Source: a virus. Taken from it: 64,000 nucleotides of DNA. Under the pieces are notes generated by a model. That model was not told where the DNA came from. It saw nothing but the letters and a program-made list of their open reading frames with translations, and searched no databases. Positions 20,471 through 30,589 of this stretch are shown one piece after another. Made by a program: the position numbers and the translations under genes. The stretch is from IMG/VR virus record IMGVR_UViG_3300042560_001826, positions 41,122 to 105,121 of that record; one strand, given 5' to 3'. Every line of letters begins with the position of its first letter. Positions within the stretch are counted from its first letter, which is position 1.

Positions 20471-20609
20471 GTAAACTCACTTGTCTATGAGGTGATCCTG
20501 CTCTAAGCTTACAGCGGTGTAAGAATCCATATGTGTAAGATTACTCATTCGTAATCTTGTCGCCGCGTAAGTTTTCATATTTCATAGTGTATACTATTAA
20601 GGGTGGCAA

Positions 20610-22340
20610 ATGTCTGACTTTATTGGACTAAATTTAGAATTTAATGACTTTGATCGCTTGCTTAGGCAAGACGATTTGGTTGAAACTCCTGTTCCGATTC
20701 AAGTGTTCGTTCAGGATAAGAAATACTTAGGCTTACCGCCATTGTCTCCAATTCAAGAAGAGATAGTCAAGCACAGTACACAAATTCTTAAAGAACGCAC
20801 TTTGATATCTTTACATGGTGAAGAAGCAGGGCGTGAATATTATAAGAAATATACTGACAATGAGGTTATATGCATGTTGGGCAAAGGATCTGGTAAAGAT
20901 CATTGTTCAAGAATCTCAATCGCTTATACAGCATACTTACTACATTGTTTGAGGGATCCGCTTAGTTATTTCGGTAAAGCTCACGGTGTGTATATTGACT
21001 TGCTTAATCTTGCTGTTAACGCACAACAAGCCCAAAGAGTTTTCTTTGAGCCATTAAAAAACCTATTGTTAAGCTCACCGTACTTTAATGAAGTTGGATT
21101 TGAGCCTAGGGTTTCAGAAATATTTTTCTTTTCAAGACCGGTAAGATGTTTCTCGGGTCACTCTGAAAGTGAAGGTTGGGAAGGTTATGAAGTTTTGACT
21201 GTGGTTTTGGATGAAATTGCAGCTTTTAAAACTGATGCAGAATTGAAAGGCGAAACAAGATCTAAAGGATCGGCATCTGCAATTTATAACATGAGTAAGC
21301 TATCTGTTATGTCGCGCTTCCCAGAAGTTGGTAAAGTTATTCTTCTCTCATTCCCCCGGTATAAGGGAGACTTTATTGAACAAAGATTTTATGGGGCTAA
21401 AGAAAAGAAAGAGCCTAAGACTTGGTTCATAAAAGCTGCTACTTGGGAAGTAAATCCTACGATTAAGAGAGAGCAATTGGAATCTGAATACATTAGAAAT
21501 CCTATTGAGGCAGCTGCAAGATTTGAGTGCAATCCTCCAAATATGGAAGATGCTTATTTTAGAGATCCTGATCTTGTTAGGAAAGCTTTTACATATGGCG
21601 AAGATCCAATCAATGAAGATGGCACATTTAAAAAATGGTTTAATAATACAGATCAGCATGTTCGTTTTATCCATGTTGACTTAGCGCTTAAAAGAGACAG
21701 GGCAGCGTTAAGCTTAGTGCATTCTCCTGGATTAAGAGAAGTGAAAACGCTAAACGGTATTGAAAAGCTTCCGGTAATCAATGTTGATCTTGTTTATTCT
21801 TGGGAGGCCGGTATCAATGAAGAAATTAATTTCTCAAGCATTAGGCAAATGATAATTGATCTATGCAGAAAGTTTGATGTAGCCAAGGTTACATTTGACA
21901 GATGGCAATCAATTGAAATGATTCAAAGCTTAAGATCGTTAACAATTAATGCAGATTTTCACAGCGTAAAGAAAACAGACTATGATACATTAACATCTGC
22001 AATATATGATGGCCGTTTGCGTGGATATTGGAATGAATTATTAGTTGAAGAAGAACTTCTCAAATTACGTTTGTTTTCAAATAATAAAATTGATCACCCA
22101 TCATCTGGATCAAAAGATTTGGCAGATGCTATTGCCGGGGCTGTATTTAACTGTATAGAAAATATTTCAGTAAGCAGTGAGATCGAGATTGAGTTATTGC
22201 AGCCGGATAAATGGCATGAAATAAACGAAGAAATGCCTGATTTTGGTACTGTATCTGTGTATAATGGTGGAAGTGGAAGGTTTGAACAAGGCTTTTCTCA
22301 ACAGAAATCAGAGGCAAATAAATGGTTGGAAACGCTATAA
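20610..22340 (+). CDS. terL: Terminase large subunit
   Basis: GKGSGKD Walker A, VVLDEI Walker B, HVDLA nuclease motif, FDRWQS, KIDHP...KDLADA. Confidence 0.9.
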   Translation: MSDFIGLNLEFNDFDRLLRQDDLVETPVPIQVFVQDKKYLGLPPLSPIQEEIVKHSTQILKERTLISLHGEEAGREYYKKYTDNEVICMLGKGSGKDHCSRISIAYTAYLLHCLRDPLSYFGKAHGVYIDLLNLAVNAQQAQRVFFEPLKNLLLSSPYFNEVGFEPRVSEIFFFSRPVRCFSGHSESEGWEGYEVLTVVLDEIAAFKTDAELKGETRSKGSASAIYNMSKLSVMSRFPEVGKVILLSFPRYKGDFIEQRFYGAKEKKEPKTWFIKAATWEVNPTIKREQLESEYIRNPIEAAARFECNPPNMEDAYFRDPDLVRKAFTYGEDPINEDGTFKKWFNNTDQHVRFIHVDLALKRDRAALSLVHSPGLREVKTLNGIEKLPVINVDLVYSWEAGINEEINFSSIRQMIIDLCRKFDVAKVTFDRWQSIEMIQSLRSLTINADFHSVKKTDYDTLTSAIYDGRLRGYWNELLVEEELLKLRLFSNNKIDHPSSGSKDLADAIAGAVFNCIENISVSSEIEIELLQPDKWHEINEEMPDFGTVSVYNGGSGRFEQGFSQQKSEANKWLETL

Positions 22341-22489
22341 ATGATGTCGTAGTTACGAGCGAAGAAATCGCATCGTCATTGTCTTCGGAATTGCAGAGGA
22401 TGATTCTTCAAGTCGTTACGCTAAGAATTGAGAACGCTAAGTTGAGGGAAAAGCTGAACAGCCTTGTAAAGCAATCTAGCGACAATTAG
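22322..22489 (+). CDS. Small coiled-coil protein (55 aa, not in the ORF track)
   Basis: Manual translation MVGNAIND...LRIENAKLREKLNSLVKQSSDN; RBS GAGG. Confidence 0.55.
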   Translation: MVGNAINDVVVTSEEIASSLSSELQRMILQVVTLRIENAKLREKLNSLVKQSSDN

Positions 22490-22641
22490 ATTAATTTTTA
22501 AATTCTTAGCAAAAAAAAATAGTTTCTCGCACATAGCCTATTTCTCTGTGCTAGTGTTCCTTCTGCTGGCGATTCCTTATGTAATTCGCATAGAGAATCG
22601 CCAGCACCAAGTAAAAACCTACAAAGAATACGGAGAAAAAT

Positions 22642-22977
22642 ATGACACTCAAAATGAATAAAGTAGATAATTTCCCAGAAATCACTAGGGCTGGCAGACA
22701 GTCTGAAGATTTGCAGGCGATTATTAATGCTCTTCACGAATCGGTTAATACTGGACAAAAGTTTAGCCTTTTTGTTGAGCCTGGTAATCCATATAACTCA
22801 ATGCAACAGCGTATTCGTGCGCAGGCAAAGAAGTTTGGATATAAGATTATCATTCGTTATGACTCAGCCAAGAAGGAACTTTTCTTTAAGGCAAATCGTG
22901 GCGGTAATGCTTCGGTTTCTGCTAACGAAGTCGGCTCGGTTAAGAATAAGGCTACGACTACCGTAAAGTCCAAGTAA
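22642..22977 (+). CDS. Small basic protein, distant relative of island family A
   Basis: RAGRQS...G.KF...RIRAQAKKFGYKIIIRY aligns by eye with 46226-46510; own promoter, leader hairpin and terminator. Confidence 0.7.
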   Translation: MTLKMNKVDNFPEITRAGRQSEDLQAIINALHESVNTGQKFSLFVEPGNPYNSMQQRIRAQAKKFGYKIIIRYDSAKKELFFKANRGGNASVSANEVGSVKNKATTTVKSK

Positions 22978-23009
22978 TAAATCAATAAAAAAATAAAAAA
23001 GTTTTTTTG

Positions 23010-23037
23010 AGTGGGGCGAAAGCCCCACTTTTTTTTT
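23010..23037 (+). terminator. Rho-independent terminator
   Basis: AGTGGGGC-GAAA-GCCCCACT followed by a T-tract. Confidence 0.9.
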
Positions 23038-23051
23038 GCTATACTGTAAAC

Positions 23052-23864
23052 ATGTTAACTACTGAAAAACAAAATATTGAGATATCACCTGAGCAAATTG
23101 CTAAATGGGCTCCAATGATTGCGCTCCCTTGTTATGACCGGCAATTGACTGAACCATTCACTATGTCTCTTGTTCAAGCTTGTATGTATTTTAAACAAAT
23201 CGGATTGCGTTTTGGAATTGGTACAATTAGCGACTCCCTAATTTCCAGGGCTAGGAATAGTATTGTTGCTAAGTTTATGGCGGCCGAACAATTTACACAT
23301 TTGTTATTTATTGATGTTGATTTGAAGTTTAACCATAATGATATTTTAAAGATGCTCTGGCACGATAAAGATGTTATGACGGGATCTTATCCCATTAAAG
23401 ATATCAATTGGGAAAAAGTTCAGAAGCTTGTTCAGGCAGGTGTTGAGCCAAATAAAATAGCGGCAAAAGCTACAAGATTTGTTGTCAATCCAGTTAGCGC
23501 CGGACAAAATAAAATTGAAACAGATAATGGTGCTATTGCTGTTCACGACGCAGGTACCGGATTTATGTTAATTAAAAGAGAAGTCTTTACCAAGATGTTT
23601 GAGGCGTATCCAGAATTGAAATTTCAAGACGATACAGGAAGTCTAAAAGGTGATGAATTGAAACACACCTATGCCCTCTTTAATTCTTATGTAGATGAAA
23701 ATAAACGCTTCCTGAGTGAAGATTACGGATTCTGTCGATATTGGCAAAAGATTGGTGGAAAGATTTGGGTTGATCCCGCCATTGAGCTTAGTCATTTTGG
23801 TCGCTTTGTATATGAGGGTAACATGATAGATTACCTTATGGAAATTTCTAAAACTAATTCCTAA
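23052..23864 (+). CDS. GT-A-fold glycosyltransferase-like protein
   Basis: SLISRARN, THLLFIDVD, GTGFMLIKR, LSEDYGFC, H.G. Confidence 0.75.
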   Translation: MLTTEKQNIEISPEQIAKWAPMIALPCYDRQLTEPFTMSLVQACMYFKQIGLRFGIGTISDSLISRARNSIVAKFMAAEQFTHLLFIDVDLKFNHNDILKMLWHDKDVMTGSYPIKDINWEKVQKLVQAGVEPNKIAAKATRFVVNPVSAGQNKIETDNGAIAVHDAGTGFMLIKREVFTKMFEAYPELKFQDDTGSLKGDELKHTYALFNSYVDENKRFLSEDYGFCRYWQKIGGKIWVDPAIELSHFGRFVYEGNMIDYLMEISKTNS

Positions 23865-24281
23865 ATTAGGTTTTTTATAAAGCCCCTGTAGTGCTTTATA
23901 AAATATACTAAAATTTGCTAAAAAATTGGCTAAACGCCAGCGGTAACATTACATGGTCGTAATATTACTTGAGACCTTCGTTGTTTTTAGCTAATTCATT
24001 ATATCGACTGGATCGACAAGCCGATCGTCAATTTTTAGCTAATCCTGGCGGTTATGCCTGGATCTTAACTAATAGATAAATTGACCCATTGTTCGCACCT
24101 ATTGCCGGATCCAAAAGAAATCTCAGAAATCTATATTTTGAGGTTTTTTCTTACCGATTCCCCTGATAGTGTGGTGGCACAAATGACGACACATTATCTT
24201 ACCAATAGATTGCCTATTGTGTACGGTATTGTGTCGTTATTTGTGTTGTATAAAAAATCAGATACGGGAAAGGATTAGGCT

Positions 24282-24719
24282 ATGGATTTGTCTATTTTTG
24301 ACGCTCTTATTGGGCTATCTATCAAAGATAATAAAACTGACTATGGCAAAGTAATGAAATTTGTCACGGTTAGCAAAGATGATAAGACAGTAGTTTATGC
24401 TGTTCTTACATCTATTAGTGAAAGTGGTAAAAACAAAGCCATTACGCTCAAGTTTTTATCTGAGTTATTGGCTTCGCAAAAGATTTTCCTTCGTCGCAAA
24501 GATGACGGTAGGTTTTTTGTTGTTGCTTATCCAGAAGGTCACAAATACGCTAAGCGTGTGTTTTCTGGTAGGCGAGCGCATAAGTATTCTATTTGTGGTA
24601 TTGGTAGTATCAACAATAACGCAATGATTGGAGATGAGCGTATTGACATTACAAAACACGTCGCATCTAATGAAAGTACAAAAGTAAGTGTCAAAAATAT
24701 CAAAGAAAGGGCAAACTAA
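24282..24719 (+). CDS. Hypothetical protein, first gene of the early-type array
   Basis: RBS GAAAGGA; follows a 400 bp regulatory spacer. Confidence 0.65.
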   Translation: MDLSIFDALIGLSIKDNKTDYGKVMKFVTVSKDDKTVVYAVLTSISESGKNKAITLKFLSELLASQKIFLRRKDDGRFFVVAYPEGHKYAKRVFSGRRAHKYSICGIGSINNNAMIGDERIDITKHVASNESTKVSVKNIKERAN

Positions 24720-25060
24720 TGACTAACGACACAAATCAAGTAATTGATTTTGCTGTAAAAGTATTTCGTTTTGATCATACATATTATTATTCAGATGATT
24801 ATGATGTATGGCGAAATGGAGAATCGGTAAAGAAAAGCCTTTGTGAAGAAGCTAAATCTATGAATTTGTCAGTTGGTGACAAAATGCTTATGATTGAAGT
24901 ATTCAAAACACTTTGGAATGACAATAGACATCGTGAAGATAGTGATAAATGGGAATTGATTGATGCTAATCATATTCAATGGCCTTATAAAGCAAGTATG
25001 TATAACATTATTGGAATAACTGAACAAGATTATTTGTTTATTCCGGCCAGTAATCAATAG
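24719..25060 (+). CDS. Hypothetical protein
   Basis: TAATG coupling; D..YYYSDD..VWR.G motif. Confidence 0.65.
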   Translation: MTNDTNQVIDFAVKVFRFDHTYYYSDDYDVWRNGESVKKSLCEEAKSMNLSVGDKMLMIEVFKTLWNDNRHREDSDKWELIDANHIQWPYKASMYNIIGITEQDYLFIPASNQ

Positions 25061-25080
25061 TTACGAGAAAGGTAACAACA

Positions 25081-25485
25081 ATGGAAAATAATGAAATGCG
25101 CGATAGCGTTTTACAAAATGATGTCTCATCAGCAGATGATTTAGATATGATCATTGTTGATGAAAGCGAACTAGATTTCCCACGTCAAAAGAAAAAGAAA
25201 ATCAAACCGTATTTTGATGGTGGTACATTTTTGACAAATCATCCACATCACCGTGATGGTTGGACAAAAGTTGATTGGGATTTTTATGCTGCACTTGTGC
25301 GTATAAAAGTACTTAGAGTAAATAGAAAAGGTCTGGTAGCAGTATTGGATGACATCAAAGAATTTCGTATGCTTCCAACTAAGGAAGCAAATGTTCTTTG
25401 CCAATGGCTATTTGACAATGATTTTATCTTTGTTGTTTATGAAGGTGACGAAATCAGAAAGAAGGAAAATGGACAATCTAACTAA
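25081..25485 (+). CDS. Hypothetical protein carrying the family-A N-terminal motif
   Basis: IIVDESELDFPR resembles EIVNESDLSFAKR of the island proteins. Confidence 0.65.
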   Translation: MENNEMRDSVLQNDVSSADDLDMIIVDESELDFPRQKKKKIKPYFDGGTFLTNHPHHRDGWTKVDWDFYAALVRIKVLRVNRKGLVAVLDDIKEFRMLPTKEANVLCQWLFDNDFIFVVYEGDEIRKKENGQSN

Positions 25486-25663
25486 AAATCAACTATTGAA
25501 TGAGTTAGAAAATCTAACTCGTCAAATGGATGTGCCAATTCATCGGCAAAAAGATCCAGGTTGGCTAATTAGAAATATTGGGATAAATAATCCCGGTCAC
25601 AAAAATATTGAGAAAATTACAAAAATCTGTAAATTACTTGAGAAGGAAAATAATGATGTTTGA
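25469..25663 (+). CDS. Hypothetical protein
   Basis: ATG after RBS AAGGA. Confidence 0.55.
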   Translation: MDNLTKNQLLNELENLTRQMDVPIHRQKDPGWLIRNIGINNPGHKNIEKITKICKLLEKENNDV

Positions 25664-25859
25664 CAAAGGTGATTTGGTTAGATGGTATCCAGATTATGAT
25701 AATGATATAGATTATGAACTAGCATACTTTGATAGTTATGCTAGGGAAGATCCAACAAGTTGTTATATTTATACTCTTGATAATTTACTTATTGGAATCT
25801 ATACAGATGTTAGTCGAGTTAGTGAATCTAAAGAAAGTGATGCTCAAAAATCCTATTAG
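25653..25859 (+). CDS. Hypothetical protein
   Basis: RBS AAGGA; FDKGDLVRW start. Confidence 0.55.
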   Translation: MMFDKGDLVRWYPDYDNDIDYELAYFDSYAREDPTSCYIYTLDNLLIGIYTDVSRVSESKESDAQKSY

Positions 25860-25872
25860 CAAAGGAGTAGTA

Positions 25873-26109
25873 ATGGCTATTTGTGTTTATTGTGAAAAAG
25901 AATACATTGATGAGAGAAAAGAAGCCGGATTTGATTATTGTTTGACTGATGCTTGCTATAAGCAAGGGATTGATAAATCTGAAAGGGAATTTCGTAAGAT
26001 TTATACCCCAGCATTGCTACACAAATCAAATTACTTCTGGGTTAAGAAAACTGAATTAGTTACTCTAAATACACGAAGTGACCTATTAGTCGAAAGAGAG
26101 AATCTGTAA
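25873..26109 (+). CDS. Small Zn-finger-like protein
   Basis: RBS AAGGAG; CVYC...YCL..AC, LHKSNY. Confidence 0.6.
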   Translation: MAICVYCEKEYIDERKEAGFDYCLTDACYKQGIDKSEREFRKIYTPALLHKSNYFWVKKTELVTLNTRSDLLVERENL

Positions 26110-26348
26110 TGACTAGACCACCACTTATTCCTTGCCTTATTTGTGAAAAAGCAGTTATTTACTTATGGCCGGATTTAGAAAAGCCAACAAATTTAAATTC
26201 AGCTTCTCATATTTATATTGAAGGTGATTACGGAAGTAACTTTGATATGCTCAAATATGAAGCAATTATTTGTGATGAATGTCTTGATAAGGCAATCCAA
26301 TCAAAAAGAGTTCGCTTTACTGGCGAATTACAATGGAAATCAGAATAA
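26109..26348 (+). CDS. Small Zn-finger-like protein
   Basis: CLIC...ICDEC. Confidence 0.6.
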   Translation: MTRPPLIPCLICEKAVIYLWPDLEKPTNLNSASHIYIEGDYGSNFDMLKYEAIICDECLDKAIQSKRVRFTGELQWKSE

Positions 26349-26374
26349 CAACATCAAAAAAGAGAGGGAAAATA

Positions 26375-26521
26375 ATGGGTAACCACAGAAGAAATTGGCA
26401 ATACGCAATTACAAAAGAAGTATTAGCTATTCATGAAGTAATTGATCCATACGATTGGGAATTAGATATTGATATGAATGAAGATCTTCAAGAATGGGAA
26501 AAGGAGCTAAGCAAAAAATGA
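26375..26521 (+). CDS. Small hypothetical protein
   Basis: ATG after GAGGG; coupled to the next gene. Confidence 0.45.
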   Translation: MGNHRRNWQYAITKEVLAIHEVIDPYDWELDIDMNEDLQEWEKELSKK

Positions 26522-26850
26522 AAGATCATTTTGAAATTGGGCCTTCACCTTATGGTGAAAACTGCGCTCAGGTTGGAAGTGAAGATTTTCGCCAAAGAGC
26601 AACTCAAGAAATGGATGCCTACATTGATCAACTTAACCGTATGTTTGGTGAATTGATTAAAAATGATCGATCCATTTATTTTAGTAAGAAATGGTTTCCT
26701 CATGATTTTGGAACTTATGGGGAAGTTGTAATCAATTTTGATGATGAAAAAGATTATGATGTAATTTATGAAATTGAAAGGAATCTCCCAGAGTATTGGG
26801 ATGATGAAGCAAAAAAACAACTAGATCTATTGCCAAAAGGCATAGAATAA
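26518..26850 (+). CDS. Conserved phage hypothetical protein
   Basis: IGPSPYGENCAQVG...PHDFGTYGEV...LPEYWD. Confidence 0.65.
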   Translation: MKDHFEIGPSPYGENCAQVGSEDFRQRATQEMDAYIDQLNRMFGELIKNDRSIYFSKKWFPHDFGTYGEVVINFDDEKDYDVIYEIERNLPEYWDDEAKKQLDLLPKGIE

Positions 26851-26863
26851 CAAAGGAAAAAAC

Positions 26864-27343
26864 ATGAAAAAGGAAACAATTGAAGAGTCAAAATTCAAAG
26901 ATATTTCTTTGGAAGTCTTTGATAAAAGCACACCACTACGTGGCAATAATAAGAAAGCACAAATCGTTGGAATTAAAGTCAACGAAAATGGTAATGTCAC
27001 TTGTGAAGTAATTGAAGAATCTCCAGATGTTTATAACCTCTTTGATTATGTAAAAGAAGACAGTGAAATCATGTCAAAAATTGGAGAATACGATATGATT
27101 AGCATTCTGACTGCTGGTTGGGCTGCACCTGTAAATGAAGATGGTAATGATAATTTGGCTCCATCTCAACATCCAGAAAGAAAGCGCGTTTTGATTTCAA
27201 TTATGGGATATACATTGAATCAAATTTCTAGCGTTATGGCATTTGAAGGTGAAGATGTAGATCATCATTATGATTACAATAAGGGCCAAGGCGCACTTCG
27301 TGATGCCTTTGATGAATTGCTTATTCAATTGAATTGGAGATAA
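26864..27343 (+). CDS. Hypothetical protein
   Basis: RBS AAGGA; GWAAP...APSQHPERKRV. Confidence 0.65.
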   Translation: MKKETIEESKFKDISLEVFDKSTPLRGNNKKAQIVGIKVNENGNVTCEVIEESPDVYNLFDYVKEDSEIMSKIGEYDMISILTAGWAAPVNEDGNDNLAPSQHPERKRVLISIMGYTLNQISSVMAFEGEDVDHHYDYNKGQGALRDAFDELLIQLNWR

Positions 27344-28048
27344 ATGTTTAACTATTCTGAAAACCTCCTAAAATGCGCAAAGGATGGTTTAGAAAAACCA
27401 TCTGACTTTGGGTATTGGGGGCCTAAGGATATGTTTGAGACTTGGGGTTTTTGTGGGATTGATAAAAGTCAGGCTTCTAATCTTATAGAAGAGAGTAACT
27501 TTGAAACAATCTCACAAAAACTCATCTCTGAATTCCCTGATGATTTCAGAATTGAAACATATCGACATTGGGCTGTTGGTCAAGTATCAAGATTAGTTTG
27601 CCGTATCCTTTACCGTAAAGGTGAAATTGAAGATAAAAATATAACTGAGGCTTTCAAAAAGGCTATGGAATGGCAAGACCAATTAGCAAACTATCCTGTT
27701 GCTGATGAAGAAGATTATTCCGATAGATTGTATCAGCAAAATATTGTCGATATTCCTCAATTAGAAGTAGCAAAATTTGCTGATCAAGCAGTTGATGATT
27801 GGGCTACAAAAATTGTCAACAAAATTCACGATAACGGTCATTATTGGGATGAAGATAATTATCCAGATGATGATGCTGTTATGGAAGCAATTTATGATTT
27901 GCAAATATGGAATAAAGAATATCCAACGGAATGGTTTGAATTTGCCGATAAACACGGCTTAGAAAGACCACCATTTGATTTGGAATCAATTTCAAGATGG
28001 AATAAAAATCAATTATCACTATTTGGAGGTGAAAATGACCAGGGTTAG
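27344..28048 (+). CDS. Hypothetical protein
   Basis: ESNF, HWAVG, YPVADEEDYS motifs. Confidence 0.65.
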   Translation: MFNYSENLLKCAKDGLEKPSDFGYWGPKDMFETWGFCGIDKSQASNLIEESNFETISQKLISEFPDDFRIETYRHWAVGQVSRLVCRILYRKGEIEDKNITEAFKKAMEWQDQLANYPVADEEDYSDRLYQQNIVDIPQLEVAKFADQAVDDWATKIVNKIHDNGHYWDEDNYPDDDAVMEAIYDLQIWNKEYPTEWFEFADKHGLERPPFDLESISRWNKNQLSLFGGENDQG

Positions 28049-28403
28049 AATCAATAAAAAAGTAAATGATCCAGTGATTGAAAAAGTGAAATTTGACTAT
28101 AATGACAAAAATGTTATAGGTAGTCTAGAAATTCATTTTAGATCAGGGATTGTTTATAAATATAAAGATGTTGCTAAGAAGGCAGTCGATCATCTTCTTC
28201 AAGATAATGTATTTGTAGCTCATCAGTTTAATAAGTGTATTAATCCTCTATATCAGGTTAGTGAGCGAATTAAGACAGATAAGTATAAAAAGATTATTGA
28301 AGCTGAAAGAAAAAAGCAATATCTGGCAAAGAATAATGCAGCAAGAAGAGCAAGAAAACAAAAGGCAAGAGAAGCAAAGCAAAAGGAGCTAGCAAATGCC
28401 TAA
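28035..28403 (+). CDS. KTSC-domain protein
   Basis: LEIHFRSGIVYKYKDV...FNKCI. Confidence 0.7.
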   Translation: MTRVRINKKVNDPVIEKVKFDYNDKNVIGSLEIHFRSGIVYKYKDVAKKAVDHLLQDNVFVAHQFNKCINPLYQVSERIKTDKYKKIIEAERKKQYLAKNNAARRARKQKAREAKQKELANA

Positions 28404-29001
28404 TCATTGTGGAAATCAATTCACTGTGCGTGGTAGCAAGAACGATGTAATTAATTTCATTGTATCTTGCGTTAATCCAAAACAAGGTGAAGAACCATTG
28501 AGTGAAAATCAAATTAAGCAAGCAATTATTCAAGGAGCATTCAATGATGATTCAAAGTATGTCTTTGAAAACTTCTGCTTGTTTAGAAAATTAAAGCCAA
28601 TGCCTAAAGCAATGCGTGAAGATGAGCATGCCGGCTCTGAAAAGAATCAAGCATTGATTGATGAATATGGTGCTGATAATTGGTATGACTGGGCCAATGA
28701 TAATTGGGGAACTAAATGGGGTTGCTATGATGTTTCATTTGATCCTATCTATAAAACAGATGATGGTCAATATGAAATGCAAATTAATTACAGTACTGCT
28801 TGGTCTCCGGGTGATGATTTCCTTATGGAATATCTAGCAGTTGAAGATTATAAAAATCTTACATTTCACCTTTACTATCAAGAACCTGGAATGGGTTTTC
28901 ATGGTTTTTTCTTTATCAAAGATGGTTCATTAGCAGGAAAGGGTTGTGAAAATTACCAAGAATTTCCAACATCAATGAGTGACGCATGGGATAGGTATTA
29001 A
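28396..29001 (+). CDS. DUF1281/YubB-like protein
   Basis: MPNHC.N, NWYDW...NWGTKW, TAWSP, EPGMGF. Confidence 0.7.
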   Translation: MPNHCGNQFTVRGSKNDVINFIVSCVNPKQGEEPLSENQIKQAIIQGAFNDDSKYVFENFCLFRKLKPMPKAMREDEHAGSEKNQALIDEYGADNWYDWANDNWGTKWGCYDVSFDPIYKTDDGQYEMQINYSTAWSPGDDFLMEYLAVEDYKNLTFHLYYQEPGMGFHGFFFIKDGSLAGKGCENYQEFPTSMSDAWDRY

Positions 29002-29002
29002 T

Positions 29003-29500
29003 ATGGGCTTAGATAACATTCCAAATGTTTATCCTTGTAAAAAGGAAAATACTGCCATTCTGAGTGATGATGGGAGAATTGATTGTGATGCAACAATGGA
29101 AGCCGATAAATGTCCTTGGAAAAGAGAATCTGAGAATTCTCATTTGCTAAAGATATCAGGTGCTACTCCGACTTACGGTATGCTTGGAACTAGCTGTTGG
29201 TATCGCGGAAAATACGGCAATATGCTTTTGTCATTGCTTGAAAATGGCGATATGGATGCCTATGTAAATACAGTTTACTCATTTTATGGAGAAGGGGGTG
29301 ATGACGAAAAAGAAGGCTTATCTGTACAATACTGTAAAGATATGTCTCAGTATATGAAAAATCACACCGAAGAGTTTTCTAATAGAGCTTATGTAAACAA
29401 TCCAAATGAAGCAAAAGATCTAATTAAAGATTGGATTTATGCTACTTGGTGGTTACAGTTTGTAGCAGAAAACTCAGAAGGTTCAGCCGTTTGGTACTAA
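29003..29500 (+). CDS. Hypothetical protein
   Basis: MGLD start; WYRGKYG. Confidence 0.6.
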   Translation: MGLDNIPNVYPCKKENTAILSDDGRIDCDATMEADKCPWKRESENSHLLKISGATPTYGMLGTSCWYRGKYGNMLLSLLENGDMDAYVNTVYSFYGEGGDDEKEGLSVQYCKDMSQYMKNHTEEFSNRAYVNNPNEAKDLIKDWIYATWWLQFVAENSEGSAVWY

Positions 29501-29516
29501 CAGGAAAAAGGAAAAA

Positions 29517-29918
29517 ATGTTCAACAAAGATGACTTTGATAATTTAGATGATATTAATGAAGATACAGTACCTGATGGTGTTGTTGATGCTAGTAATTAT
29601 GCATTGATATTGAAACAAACAACTGAGTATCTAAAAGATACTGATTACGAATCTGCTGAAAGCAGAATGGTAGCAATGATGAATATCGTAAATCTAATGC
29701 ATGAAAATGAAGATACTCTAAGTGATGATAGTGTTTATGGCGTTGTTATTGCTCTTATGTATCATATTCAAACTGTACTTTCGGGTATGGTCAATGAGGA
29801 TAGAGAAGAGTATTTCAACCATTTAGAAACAGAAGTATTGCCAATTTTTAGTATGGAAGCGTCAATGCTTCCGTATTACGATAACCCAGAAGAAACGGGA
29901 GATGAAAGCAGTGACTGA
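29517..29918 (+). CDS. Acidic hypothetical protein
   Basis: RBS AAGGA. Confidence 0.6.
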   Translation: MFNKDDFDNLDDINEDTVPDGVVDASNYALILKQTTEYLKDTDYESAESRMVAMMNIVNLMHENEDTLSDDSVYGVVIALMYHIQTVLSGMVNEDREEYFNHLETEVLPIFSMEASMLPYYDNPEETGDESSD

Positions 29919-30231
29919 TTATCAACAATTACTAATCAACATGAATGAATCATGGAGAAAAGATACTGTTTGCAGTAAAACAAAAACGATTGATTGGTTT
30001 TCTGATGAAAAAGATCAAATCAAAATGGCAAAAGAGGCTTGTAGAAAATGCCCTGTTGCCGATAAATGTTTAGAGTTTGCTGTGCGGAATAAGGAAAGAT
30101 TTGGTGTCTGGGGCGGGTTTACGCCAAGAGAAAGAAATAAAATTACTAGACATCTTGTTTCATTAACAAAGGAGGAAGCCAAAGATTTGGTGATCAAATA
30201 TGGAAACCAAGTATTGTCTCAGACTAGTTAA
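29902..30231 (+). CDS. whiB: WhiB-family transcription factor
   Basis: W....C...AKEACRKCPVADKCLEFA...FGVWGGFTPRER. Confidence 0.92.
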   Translation: MKAVTDYQQLLINMNESWRKDTVCSKTKTIDWFSDEKDQIKMAKEACRKCPVADKCLEFAVRNKERFGVWGGFTPRERNKITRHLVSLTKEEAKDLVIKYGNQVLSQTS

Positions 30232-30370
30232 AGAGACATATATTGATGCTGAAAGTCTTGATGAAGCAAATCAAATTGCTGAAATGATGGCTTTGAGAGA
30301 AAATAATCAAAAAATGTTTGGAAATCTAGTTACTGTTTATACCGAAGTAGAGCAACTATCAAAAGGATAG
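30200..30370 (+). CDS. Small hypothetical protein (56 aa, not in the ORF track)
   Basis: Manual translation METKYCL...IDAESLDEANQIA... Confidence 0.55.
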   Translation: METKYCLRLVKETYIDAESLDEANQIAEMMALRENNQKMFGNLVTVYTEVEQLSKG

Positions 30371-30373
30371 GAG

Positions 30374-30580
30374 ATGGCAGCAAAAAAAACATTTAGTGTT
30401 CCCTTCACTAGAAGATATTATTTTGCTCGTGGTTATCACGACAGAATAACAAAAGTGGATAATCCACCTTCTAGTGAAGTGAACGACTATTATATGCAAG
30501 AATTAAATATCAATGTAATAGAAGAATATAATAAGGGTAGAGAAATAGCAGAGAGAGATTTAGTAAACGGCTTAGTTTAG
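30374..30580 (+). CDS. Hypothetical protein
   Basis: Tightly packed ORF with RBS. Confidence 0.55.
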   Translation: MAAKKTFSVPFTRRYYFARGYHDRITKVDNPPSSEVNDYYMQELNINVIEEYNKGREIAERDLVNGLV

Positions 30581-30589
30581 GAGAGCAAT

